Shown here one piece after another: positions 12,843 through 25,702 of a stretch of 64,000 nt of DNA. The stretch is from Octopus sinensis (Eukaryota): assembly GCF_006345805.1 (NCBI RefSeq), contig NC_043005.1:34720001-34784000 (forward strand), in the 5' to 3' direction. Numbering within the stretch: the first letter of the stretch is position 1; each line of letters opens with the position of its first letter. Below the pieces are notes generated by a model that did no database searches, had not been told where the DNA came from, and saw nothing but the letters and a program-made list of their open reading frames with translations. Position numbers and translations under genes: made by a program.

Positions 12843-14073
12843 CAGGGGTTGGACAAAATAATGGAAACACCTTAAAATTTCAAACAAATTTATTTTAATA
12901 TGGGGTAGGACCACCTTTGGCAGTGATTGCAGCTTGAATTCTACGAGGTATTGACGCGTACAAAGTTTGAATTTTTGCCCATTCTTCAGCTAAAACAGTC
13001 TCTCATTCTTGTAGTGATGATGGTGGAGGATATCGACTCATTACTTCTTTTTCTAAAATGCACCATAAATGTTCAATAATATTGAGATCTGGGGACTGTG
13101 GTGGCCAGATAACTAGAACGTTCCTCGTACCATTCAGTAACAATTTTAGCTGTGTGAATTGGTGCATTATCATCCTGAATGATTGTTTCCCTCCGGAAAC
13201 AGTTTTGCAACCATAGGATGAACTTGATCAGATAAAATGCTTAGTTTTGACTATTAATTCTGCCATGAAGGGAACCCATTTTGCTGGCAGATTTCCAAGA
13301 TATAGCCCCCCACCCCAGATCATCACAGATCCTCCTTCATGTTTAACAGTTGGAAGAAGGCAGTCTGGGTCAAATGCTTCTTTTGGCTGTCCCCACACGT
13401 ATACCCAACCAGTGGTTAGAAATAAGGTAAAGGATAACTCGTTCAAGAAAATAATATACTTCCACTGCTCTAGGGACTAATTCTGTAGGTTTTTACTCCA
13501 CTCTAAATGCTTTACAATGTTTGTTTTTGAAAGTAGTGGTTTTCTGACTGCAGCCCTCCCATGAAATCCGGCTTTGTGAAGCTCCTGGTGAACAATTTTT
13601 GTGGAAACTGGGTTCTCGAGGTGGTCACTAAGCTCTGCAGTAATTTTGGGAGCTGTACTTTTGAGATCCTTTCTAACAATTTGTGTAAGAGTCCAACGGT
13701 CCCTATCTGAAAGTTTTGATTTTCTTCCGGAGTTTTGTTTTGACGAGGATGTTTTTCCCTTTTTCAAAGGCTGTCATTACTTTCAAGACAGTACTTCTTG
13801 ATTCACTAAACATTTTAACTGTTTTCATTATGCTAGCACCTGCCATATGAGCACCAACCTCTTTGAAAGTCCAATAGATCTGTCATTTTAATGAATTTTA
13901 ATTACCTTTTTCTGATGATATATGTAAAGAAACAGCAATTTTAGCAAAACATTAAGCAACACTAATAATAAATTAAAAAACATAAAAATAAACAGGCTTT
14001 TGACGGTTTTATAGATATTTCAAAATTATGATGCTAAGATGCTAGGTGTTTCCATTATTTTGTCCAACCCCTG
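12843..14073 (-). mobile_element. Tc1-like transposon, 1231 bp, perfect 30-bp TIRs, TA TSD
   Basis: CAGGGGTTGGACAAAATAATGGAAACACCT (12843-12872) and its reverse complement (14044-14073); TA at 12841-2 and 14074-5. Confidence 0.95.
12895..13886 (-). pseudogene. Tc1 transposase pseudogene
   Basis: MTDLLDFQRG..SGRKSKLSDRD..KPLLSK..TVKHEGGSVMIWG..QDDNAPIHTA..WPPQSPDLNIIEHLW..AKGGPTPY*; stops, frameshifts, first catalytic D reads N. Confidence 0.9.
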
Positions 14074-15164
14074 TATGTATATGATTATATACATATCATA
14101 ATATATACACATTATATACACATATACATAATCATCATCGTTTAATATCCATGTTCTCTGCTAGCATGGGATGAATGGTTTGACAGGTTGAGAGGATCTG
14201 ATGGGTCCAAAGACCATATGCTGCTCTAATATCTGTTCAATGTGGTTTCTATGGCTTGCTGCCCTTCTTATCACCAACCACTTCAAAGTATAAACTGGTT
14301 GCTTTTTTTTCTTGCCACCAGCAGTAAGATCACTATGCAGCTTGCAAGACTATGAACCTTGTGAAGACAGTGTGTCTTGATAGAAGAGGTCCCCAGCTCT
14401 TAAAGTATGGGTTAAAGTATGAGTGAAGTGAGCAGAGCAGGTTTCTTGTTGTAGAGAAGCTATATGGTTACTCATATTTAAAATAGTAGGTGTGGGAATG
14501 ATCTGGGGAAGAGAAGCAGTGCATACAGAGAAGCTATGAGTGCTAGTGGGAGGAGATTTACAAGAGTATAGAGTGGAGCAGGAGAAAAGCGAGTGTGGTG
14601 GAGAGATAGGCAACAATTGTTGAGCAGAGCTAAAAGTAAAACAGAAGGAATGGTGGATAATGGGTAAGGAAGGCCAATGGTACATGATAAGGGGAAGGTA
14701 GAGAGGTAGAGGAAGACCAATGATGCATGAATTGGGGAAGGTAGAAAGATGCAGAAGAGAGCTGGTGAAGAGCAGTAGCAGAGTAATGATGGTACTAGAA
14801 AGGGAAAGAATGAGAGAAAGATGGCATGTGGTCGGGTAAGCTGCAGGAGTTGGGGGGAGGCAGGTGCATTGTATGAGTAGAGATAATTTGGTGGTTCAGT
14901 GGTGAGGGAGGAATGATCAATGTAACATGTGGTAGGAGAGAACAATATTAATACATGGAGGATGGCTAACAATAGAAATGGTAGCCAGAAGAATAAAATA
15001 ATATCAAGGGAGAGCTACAGTGAAAAAATGATGGGTGGAGGGGGAGTTGTTTGAGGAGGAAATTGGGTGAAGAACCCATTTGTGCATACACACTGTTTCC
15101 AGAACTCAGTTTTGCTGAGGTGGACAGATCATCTTGAGAACTGCTTATCACTAATCCTTCCAGT

Positions 15165-15790
15165 CCTCTGTCATCTCCTCTATGAGGTTCAAGGTCCTGA
15201 GATCAGCTTTCATCACTTAGATGTGTTCCTTGGTCTCTCCTTTTCACAAGCTCTATCCACATTTAATGAGTGGCACTTCTTAATACAGCTGTCCTCATCC
15301 ATATGCATCACATGTACATACCAGCACAGTATTTTTTCTTGCACACTACATTTAATTCCTCTTATGCCCAGTTTTCTTTCAGCACGTTTGTACGCCATTG
15401 TTCATGCACGCACAAATTGTACATCCAACAAAGCATGCTCATTTCATTTCTTTCCAATCTTCTCAAACCCTTAGCATCCAAAGACCATGTCTCACTACTA
15501 TGCAGCATTGCAGTTATAACATGAGCATCATACAATCTGCCCTTCACTCTGTAGGAAAAGACCTTTGCTACCAGCAGTGGTGGTAGACCCCTGAACTTTC
15601 TCCAACTCAATCTTACTCTAGCTGCTATACTTTTGGAAGAGCAATCACCCATCTTACTAATTACATCTTCCAGGTAACAATGGCTATCAACTATTTCTTG
15701 TGAGCTATCCAAGCATTTAAGGGAGTCTATTTCTAGAGTGTTCATAGTACAAACTGCCCAAGTGCATCTATTACATACAAAGCTTGTGTT
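15165..15790 (-). mobile_element. Old RTE LINE 3' ORF fragment
   Basis: RVRLSWRKFRGLLPLL-like, KGRLYDA..MLHSSETW, WYVHVMHMDEDSCIKKC. Confidence 0.85.
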
Positions 15791-17729
15791 CTCTGCTAAC
15801 CTGTCTGCGAGTCCACTATATGACACACACATACACACATGCATATATATACACACATATATCACCAATATACATATATGGTGAAAGTCAACTCATGATC
15901 AAGCAAGCTCGCTTCCTAAACTCAGTAAATCCATGTACATGTTCTGAGAGTCCAAGAAGTTCCTGAGCATGAACCTGTTTTGATTGGATAAAGTTATGCA
16001 CAGCACTGAACCCACTTTTCAGTACAAATATCTATAACAGCAGTGACACAACAGAGGCTGAGACAACTAGAAACCAATTGCACTTTGGGTTTCTTTATAT
16101 GAATTTACCTTCTCCTAGAAAGAACTTCTAACAAGAACTAGGGGTCCTTCACTCCCAGTGGTTTACATGCTAGTTAAGCTATAGTTGGGACCCTAACAGA
16201 TGCTACTGCTATGGGTCAGAGTAAACCTGGCAATAATAGTGAAGTGGTTCCATACTCCTTAAAAGCTCAGAACTCCTATACAAGGGCCCCACTACTGGAT
16301 GCAGTTTAAAGTCATACACATTCAGATATGTATATACATACACACACACACACTATATATATATATGTATATTATATATGTACGCACACATGCACACGTA
16401 TATGCATACATATATATACACATCTATGCATACATACTCACACATATACCACAAGATAACATATACTAATACCTGAGCTGATACTTTCTACAAGAGTGTG
16501 TCATAATTTTTCTTGGTAGGAATACAGAAAATGTTAGCAGCAACAAGAGCAGTGGTGCCACAAAGATTGACTCAAAACTTGTCTGAGGTATATTTCTTAT
16601 GACTAAGTTTTCTTCAGAATTTTAAATCCCAAGTGTATTTGAGTTGATGCCACTCTACCATTTCAACTTGAATTGCTACACCACCCCCACTACTAAATGC
16701 CATTGACTCCTGGAGAATCTAAAGGAGGTCAGAGTCCGTGAACTTCTGAAGAAACCAGGAAAAAAACATAAAAAATTCAGGTTCTGGCAGCAGAATATTT
16801 TAGGGGCTTTCTCTAACAATTCAGACCGAAGGTTTCTCTAAGACCCTAGTAAATATACCCCACCATTTTGCTATCTCTATAACAGGGCTCAGTTTGTTAA
16901 TATATTTGCCTGGTAGAGCATCCCATACTACACATTGTGTTCATATTTGTTTACAATGGAGCACTATATATTTTTTTATCTTTGTAGATATTTTCAGAAC
17001 AGTCTTATATAAAAACTATGTTGTTGTTGCTTTTGTTTCAGACCTCATGATCCTTGACCTAAAATCAAAGACACCTCAGCCATGACCATCTCATCCTATT
17101 TTTTAGGTATTTCTATAACAAAACAATCCAGTTTTGTTCTTCAGCCCAAGGTCAGCTATGATTGTATAATTCTTGATGACTGCCACATCTTTCCTGTTGT
17201 AACCATCATGTCTTGTTTTCAGCCCTAGTGTATATAATATTACACAATCCAATATGTCCTTCCACTTTTTAAGGTCGTAGCTTGTGATATGAGAGCTATT
17301 TCTACTAGGACAAGCAACCATACCCACTGTCCTGAGAAAAAAAAAAAACTATTATGTTTTCCTAGTTGCCAAAGATACACAACATCAAGAATTACTCTCA
17401 GGTACTTTTATGACTAAGCTGCAATGCATCATCTTACAATGCTATAAAATGAAGAAAATAATAATGCCATGTTAATATCTTTAGTTTTTCAGACCAAAAG
17501 GTAGCCCTGAAACCGTCAGATTCCTTTTCTTCTCATGGCATTCAAACTATTTCAAACTCATCAACCACTCTGTATAATTCTTGATGACTGCCACATGTTT
17601 CCTTGGACTCTGATGTCTTTTGTTAAATATCAAGATAGTTTTTGTTTCAATTTTCTGTTAAAATTATGTCTTAAAAAATGTAATAAATAAATAAATATTA
17701 TAGATTGAAGATGAAGTAAAAGTTTCAAA

Positions 17730-18250
17730 ATGAAATTAATGAAGGTGTGGAGAGAAAGAGTGAAACAAAGAGAGAACGAAGAGAAAGATGAGGAGGATGA
17801 AGAGAGAGAGAGAGAGAATAAGTGATAAAGTGAGAAAGGGAAGAGAAAGAAAAGTAAAGGGAGAAAAGGCAGGAAGAACAGAGAGAAGGAAGAGGGAAAT
17901 ATAGAGGGGAAGACAAGAGAAGAGTAAAGAATATAAAGATGGAGAGAGATGAGAGACATTGGATGACAGAAGAGAGACATGGATGGAGAGAGACATTTAT
18001 TGATAGAGAGAAGACAATATGACAGCTAGGAGGAAGAAACGAGGAGAAATGAGACTGAAGAGAAAGAGAGAGAGATTGGTAAACAGGCAAAAGGGAATAT
18101 ACACACGTGTGTTTTTACACATAAATTAACAGAGAAAGGAAATGCACAGGTACACACACACACACACACACACATGTATAAAATGGGTGGCAGAATCAGT
18201 AAGAGAGAAAGAGAGAGAGACAAAGAAAGGGAGAAAGCAAAAGAAGAAAC
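17730..18250. repeat. (GA)-rich polypurine low-complexity tract
   Basis: About 500 bp almost entirely G/A on the + strand. Confidence 0.85.
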
Positions 18251-20933
18251 ATAAGCGATTTAAACCCGACTGTCTACTTTACAAAGTGCTCACACACGGA
18301 GAGAGACTTGCATACACACACAAACACACATGCATGCACAAATACACATGCATATATAAATATATATCATCATCATCATCATCATACACACATAACTACA
18401 TGCAAATAGTCACACACTGAGAAGAACAAGAGACACGCCAGATTTAAGACAGAACAGCTGTATCAGGTTCTGAAACACACACAGACACACAGACACACAC
18501 ACAGAGGATTGGATCAATGACTCATATCTACTGCCAACTGTAAGCATAAAACAAGAAAGCGTTCAGAATCTACTACTGATAGCTTCAACACATTGCCAGG
18601 GCAGCCTGCCCCTCCCTCCTCCATCTCTCCCCACCAGCTGTTGCAGTGTGTCATAGGGGAAACTAGGGGTGCTTGTTGTGAAAGAGCTGCAACTAAGCTA
18701 CATTGCTTATTCGTTGTCTCGGGGATTGGTTAATAGACTAGACTTGTTAGTTATTTCATCAAACTCAAATAAAGCTTTTTCTCTCTCACACAGATAATAC
18801 GCACATTAAAGAACACATATGCATACCTAGATAACACACACACACACACACAATTTCATTTGTTTCTTAAAGACAAGGCAATGTCATCTGAGGGAGGGTG
18901 GGTGTGGTTGAATTGACTCTATTTCTTAATTACTGGTATTTATTGATTCAGGGAAAGCAAAAGTAAAATGAAAATATGTGTGTGTGTGTGTGTGGTGTGT
19001 ATGAGAAAGAGAGAGAGAGAGTGGGTGTGTGTGTGTGCACACGTATGGGTCCAGCTGATGACTCAGTAGTCATGCAGTAGTATTTACTCTCCCACAGCCA
19101 GTACAAAGTGACTGTATCAGCTGTTGTGCTGGTAACTGTCAGAAATGAATGCTGACTTCTGATAAGACTGCTGAATTAACAAGTGACCTGCCATAAGGCC
19201 GTTTAGCAAAGGACAACTGACCCATGTCACATGCAGAACAGAAGACATTCAGAGTTGTCTGAAAAGAACACATAGAAAGAATCTAACCAAACAGATTAAA
19301 CAAAATTGGTGAAGCTGGTGCAATGAACTTTGAGTGGAATAATGCAAGAACAACCCATATATTGATATGAGACACTCTGGAAGGTTTGCTGAAAGCAACT
19401 GAAACAGATTTAATTAAAAATGCCATCATATATAAACCACTGAAAGGCATGATGCTGTGAGCCCTGTCAGATAAAATCTCTTTATAGGTATTTTAAAATA
19501 CAATACATACTGGAGTGAGGTGAATATCATTGCAACAATGACTCATAAGAATGACAAGCATTTTGGCTTCCTTGGGCCTTGTCCATGATGTGTACTTCCT
19601 AGTCACATGCCTAGATGAAATCAGTCCCCTCCAATATATAGGAAACAGTAAACAATATATTCACTGGTATCGTGGAAAACTTGCTGGGTTGTAAAAAACT
19701 TGGGTGTAGAGCACTGTCAAACTCCAAGTATGGAGAAACAAGCCTGTATCTGTCATTCATGTGAGTCACTGCTGCAATGATGTTCATCTTGCTCAGATAT
19801 ATACTGCAATTTTAACATGTCTAAGAAGAGCTTGTTCTCTCAGATAAAAACCACAGTATCATACCTTTTGACACAGTGTATATGTTTAGTATGATACACA
19901 GATGGCAACACTCTAGAAAGATTTCAAAGGGTTTAGGATCCATTAGGCAAATACTTATCACAATGGTGGGCGGAAGTATTAAGAAAGTACAGCAGAGGAT
20001 CAGTGTAGGATGCACACTACAGTTCTGAGGATAATTTCAAGTACTGTCATAAAATACTGCTGGCAACGCCTCTTAACACTCACAATCTACTCAAATTCTG
20101 TTCATACATCCTGGACAGCTTACTCCAGTTAGTCTCAATACCTACTCATATGACCAGCCTGCTTGAAGGTGTAAATATCCTTGATCTCTCATTCTCATTG
20201 TCACCTCCAAACTCAACCTTTATCCTGACATTAGCCAATGCTCCTACAGGATCATCTGATTCCTGCCTTGATCAACATGCTTCACAAAAACTTTTAAAAA
20301 TGGGGCCATTTCTCCTGCAGTAATTAAATAAATTACATATATATTTTAAATAATAGTCTCATTATTTTCATTTGATACCAGGGATAATTTATCTGGCAGT
20401 AGAAATTCAAGCCTATGATTACAATATATATATATATATATACATATATATATTGGTTAGGTACTTGTGGGAAACAGATGGTAGGCAGACTCATTTTACA
20501 CAGATAAACAAGGACTGACTCAAAACCAAAAACAACACCTGGCATAACAGATGTTAGGCTGTTATTAGATGTATTTTAGGCTTTGACCAATTGCTTCAGA
20601 ATACAATTACTGCTCAGTTTACAAACTATTAATATTTACTTTTTATTGCTTCTTTACCGAAGGAGAAAAGGTTGATGATGTCCATAGTTTGTATAAGCTA
20701 TTAGACATTTCTCAAATCTGTTTAAATAGGGAATGGTGGCTACATTTGAGAAAGGAAATACATGGAAATGCAGAAAGTTCCAGGATAATGTAACCATGAA
20801 AAGAAGAAGAAAATGAATTGTAGGTTGTTTGAAAGGAAGAGAAAAGTTTTGAAATAGGATAAATGGAATGGAAGTACCTCATGGTGTGATGGTAATTTCT
20901 AGAGAGTTGTGATTGTAATGTGGAAAGAATGTA

Positions 20934-21308
20934 TTAACCCTTTCATTACCATATTCATTTCCTGATGCATATACATCTAAGTAAGGGTCAGTATTTGTTT
21001 AAGAAAAGAAACAAGAGATAAACTAAAGAAACACCTCAACATTGGATCAAAGCATCTATACTAAAAGAAAGTGCTATTAAATGAGGATTTTGTTACCGTA
21101 TTTATTTTGAGATGTTCAGTGTTTCTTTCAATTACTTTAAATATAACAAAGAATTTTGTAAACTAAATTAGTTATCATTCAGCTAGCGTTAGGAACATAA
21201 ATTGTGACTAAAGTTTTGTGGAAGATTTTGATTCAAACTTATGAAAACAAGACATTTGTACTACAGAGCCAGAGCCAGTTTCAGTCGGGTTGGTAATGAA
21301 AGGGTTAA
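20934..21308. mobile_element. piggyBac-type MITE (TTAA plus 14-bp perfect TIR)
   Basis: TTAA|CCCTTTCATTACCA (20938-20951) ... TGGTAATGAAAGGG|TTAA (21291-21304). Confidence 0.85.
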
Positions 21309-21509
21309 GCTGTTGAATATGAGACAATGAATGAATGAAAAGGAAGGAAGGAAGGAAGAAAGAAAACATGGAGAGAAAAACTGGGTAGAATGGAAAAGTA
21401 CATATTGTGATGGTAATGAAGAAATCAATTAAATACACTGAGTAGTAAGATGAGAAACTAATGTAGTAATTAGCATACAGAGGAGGAGAGATAAGGATAT
21501 CTTTTATTT

Positions 21510-21860
21510 TTTGCTTGTTTCAGTCATTTGACTGGCCTTGCTGGGGCACTACCTTGTAGAATTTTAGCTGAATCTTATCAAATTCAGTATTTATTATTCT
21601 TCTGCAAAGCCTGGTATTTATTCTATTGGTTACAGAGACATAAACACATCAAAACCACTTGTCAAGCAGTGATGACACACATACATACATATATATATAT
21701 ACACGACAAGCTTCTTTCAGTTTCTGCCTACCAAATCCACTCACAAGGCAGTCAGCTCAAGGCTATAGTACAAGGCACTTGCCTGAGGGGCCACTCAGTG
21801 GAACTGAACCTGGAACCATGTAATTGGGAAGCAATCTTCTTACCACACAAAAATGTTGGA
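21510..21860 (-). mobile_element. SINE family A, decayed
   Basis: Reverse complement colinear with 60190-60583. Confidence 0.75.
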
Positions 21861-22220
21861 AATTGAAAATGGTTACGAGTTGAAAGGTTGCTGCTATCTT
21901 TTCAATATTACAAAGCTTCATAGAGAAAATACTCATCTCAGATTTCTATAATGTTAGACAGGGGAGATAATTTTTACTCTGGGTAGGATACTGGACTTTT
22001 GCAGATAGCTCTCCCTACAGGAGAAATTGAACATAACAAGGCAATCCAGCAAAATACTTAAATAAATTCTCAATAAATTAAACAAAATGAGGTACTCTGT
22101 ATATTTAGACAACACTCAGTAATTGAGAGGCAAGTATTTGCATCAGGAATTGATCCAATGCACTATCATTGTGTAAGTGCAAACCACAAATGTTGTGGTT
22201 AGTTATCTGTCAGGATAACT

Positions 22221-22644
22221 GGATCTTTTTGGTTTGAACGGCAGTTTTTTCTAGCAGTGTCATATGAAATTGTCACCCATAATTATGACCCTAGTATCGA
22301 TCTATTGCATTTCAATCTATTTTGGGGTTAGGGTTAGGGTTAAGGGTGGGGGAAGGGTATCTTTTTTTCTTCAGAAGTGTAAATAAACCCAATCTGTTTC
22401 TTAAACGAGGGACATTTTTATATGGCATAGAATGTTTTCACCTCAATGGACGGTCATTGATTGGTTGAAATTGAAGAAATTGAAGAAAAAAAACCAACAA
22501 ATATCTTACAAACTATAGAATTTTCTCAATAAAGCCAAGAGAAAAAGATGTTTTATAAACACATTATACCAGTATACGAAGTTTAAAAGTGTTTAGTTAC
22601 GTGGAAATTATTTTAAAAAACTGCAGGTCAAACCAAAAAGATCC
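22221..22644. mobile_element. 424-bp MITE, 30-bp TIRs (28/30), 8-bp TSD, GG termini (Merlin-like)
   Basis: GGATCTTTTTGGTTTGAACGGCAGTTTTTT / AAAAAACTGCAGGTCAAACCAAAAAGATCC; flanks GGATAACT (22213-20) and GGATAATT (22645-52). Confidence 0.85.
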
Positions 22645-22654
22645 GGATAATTTA

Positions 22655-22800
22655 TGACAGGATTTCTTATTTACAGCTAAGAGAACTGAAACAACATGAA
22701 ATGAAGTGTTTTGCTCAAGAAAACAATACACTGCTAAGTCCAGGAATTGAAACAACTACCTGACATTTGAGTACAACATCCCAACTACTAGGCCATATAC
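22655..22800 (-). mobile_element. SINE family C 5' part
   Basis: ATTTACAGCT..CATGAAATGAAGTGTTTTGCTCAAGAAAAC..GGAATTGAAAC. Confidence 0.65.
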
Positions 22801-24007
22801 CTTTACAAGACACCTACAGTGGTCTATAAATTCACTTCGAAATTCTCATAAACACTTGCACGTTTATAAAACATTGTCTGATCATTTATCTTTAATTGTC
22901 ACTGTCTTGACTAATGTCTAAAATATTAAGTTTGCTCCTGAATTGTGGATTCTTTTTTTTTTTTTAGAGAAGGATTAGGATTAGGAGTAAAGGCCTATAC
23001 TGCAAAGTAAATATAAAGTAGGATCAATACCACCCGCCCAACATCTTTCACACACACACATACAATGTCCCCACCTACATCTCTCACTTTCTCCTAGTCT
23101 CATATACACAAACACACACACGCAGAGCCCTACCATGCATTTCTCTCTCACACACATACATAAAGAAGAAGCAAAATGGGAAAAGATTGCATAAAAAGTA
23201 ATATAGAAAAATTGGGGACAAAAAAGTAAATGTAATAGACTTAAATAAACACAGAAACCATCTTGAAAACAATTTTAGCAGACAAATATGCACAAATGCA
23301 TGTATATATACGTGCATACATACATATACAAGCACACACATATATGTGCATACACATAGATGTACATATATAGACAGGTGTAAAGAGATACATAAATGTT
23401 CAGCTCTAGAGGCAGTAAAGTGACAGAAGGGTTACCATATTAAAGAAAATAAGCACATAAAGGGGCTTCTAGAACTAGTAGCTAAATCTCCCTCTAATCA
23501 CACCCTATAGTTTTTAAAACAAAAGTTTTGTTAGATAATATGGTCATAGATACATTGTATTTGAATAGAAAATGGCGTGATTGTGGCTGGAATATCTTTG
23601 ATCATAGTTTTGCTTAATCTTGGCTGATAAAAATACCAAAAATAGCAGCAGAAGAAGCAGTGAATCATAGTCAGTAAACAATGCATGCCAGAAATGTATG
23701 AAATTTTGTTAGTAGACCAAACAATAGTTTATTCTACAGAAGTGGCATTTGTTTCTATTCACCAATATTTGGATTCAAGTTTTGAGGAAGAAAAATGTTA
23801 TGATAAAAAGAAAGAAAAAACAATGAGAAGCCGTTATAGAAAAAGAAAACAGAACTATTAAGCATGCTCCAGGTACAGATGTGGCTGTGTGGTAAAGAAA
23901 CTTGCACCCCAAACTTGTGGTCTTGGGTTCAGTTCCACTCTGTGGCAACTTGGGCAAGTGTCTTCTACTATACCTCTGGGCCATCACACATACTTTTGCT
24001 CTTTATG

Positions 24008-24056
<49 letters not shown>

Positions 24057-24568
24057 ATATATATATTAGTGTCCCCTAGTGCTGACATTATGTGATTGCT
24101 GAAAGTGAGTATCACTGTCAAGCAAGCAGTGTTGTTTATTTCCAATCATCTTTGAAACACAAATGGCCATGGGGAAATATTAATTTGCTTGGAAATGGGT
24201 AAAGGTGAGAGGCAGGGAGGGTGTGAAACCATAGAAAATCTTATTCAATAAATTGTGTCTGACCCATCTCAGCATGGGAGACTTTAAATGATGATAATGA
24301 TGACTTCAGTATCATAGCTGGCAAGAGATTTCAATGTCCAAGAAGTCCTCAAGAAGTCTTCTCTCTCTTGAACACACACACATACACATGTACACGCATA
24401 CACTCACTCACTCTCACACACACACTCTCTCTCTCTCACACACACACACACAAAGTTAAATAAATAATTATTCCTAAAGCAAGTACCTGCTTTGACAAAA
24501 CTAAAATTATAGCATAAAAGCTGACATGCCCCAGTTCAGACATCAAATCCTTACAAATTCCATATTAC

Positions 24569-24745
24569 CGGTGCACCCAGACTTGAGAGCAACACCAAGG
24601 TGAAAGCAGGCATGCCACACAATCAGACATTAATTTCCAAACTGATTATTTTGTCATGACCCCAGTAACATTCTTTTGAAAACCCATGGCAAGTAATTGG
24701 CTAGTCGGCACTTGTTTTATTGTTCACTTCCGCATTCAGCATAGC
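24569..24745 (-). other. Candidate host exon (5' UTR or first coding), unidentified gene
   Basis: Long pyrimidine tract plus CATAG acceptor; donors CG|GTAATA (24569) or TT|GTAAGG (24555); non-repetitive; uORFs then MSDCVACLLSPWCCSQVWVH open to the first donor. No homology recognised. Confidence 0.25.
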
Positions 24746-25442
24746 CTATGAAGCAAACAGAGACCCCCACTTTACAAAAACGAAGAACAGAAAGAAGAAA
24801 GTAGACATGTTTACTGAGCTATATGGATTGAGGTTAATTATAGAGGGGAGACAGACTAAAATAGATATTTATAGAAGTTCCTTTTTAAAGTAATGTGTTA
24901 AAAGCCAACAGACAATGACAAAAAAAAAAAAGCATCTTAAACTGACTTAGCCATGTTTAAAAGTTAAACATTAAAATTATTATCAAAAGATTTATTTTAG
25001 AACAAACAAAATATTTCTTGGATGAATGGGGTTTTCTCCTTATTTGCAGAAATATCGATAAAACTAAAGTGCTTTAACACAAAAGACACCGTAACCTGAT
25101 AATGTTTTTATTTTTATTGATTTTCCAAAGTGAATAATAGATGATCAAAAGTAGTAACCATATTGGCTTTAGACTAAAAAATAAATAAATAAATTATATT
25201 GATACAACTGAATTTTTTTTCTAATTTAAATGATTTTGCCAACAAAATGTGTTGCAAAGTTATATTATTACCACTCACAGGAGATTCGTTTTAAATTCTT
25301 CTAAATATAAAAACTCATGTCTGTGAGCAATCTTTGGAATAGATTGGTGCAAAATAAAAGGTGATTTTTCAACGGACAGTCATCAGTATTATTTCACAAA
25401 TCATCATCTCAATAAATCTTGTACATTCAAAAATACCTAAGA

Positions 25443-25702
25443 CTAGATAGGCTTGACACCGTCACGGTGTCCTTTAACCTGCAAAGGGAGATAATTCCCC
25501 GATGAAGCGGAAACCACACACGGACCATGGTTTCAAGGTGTATTGCCTATCGTCAACGTGTGGTAGGCCTCCGCTTCCTCGACGAAATCTCACTCTGCAG
25601 GTTATTCATATATAGATTTTCAAGCAAAATACATTTGCTGATTTCGAAAATTATCTCCCTTTGCAGGTTAAAGGACACCGTGACGGTGTCAAGCCTATCT
25701 AG
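25443..25702. mobile_element. 260-bp foldback/MITE with perfect 54-bp inverted repeats
   Basis: 25443-25496 is the exact reverse complement of 25649-25702; CTAG at both outer ends. Confidence 0.85.

Noticed and set aside
19250-20330. Possible mariner or LINE RT remnants
   Set aside because: Only vague resemblance; no diagnostic motif recovered
25499-25590. Hammerhead ribozyme (CCGATGA...CGAAA)
   Set aside because: Core reads CCGAUGA rather than CUGANGA, extra bases separate stem II from GAAA, and I found no stems I/III
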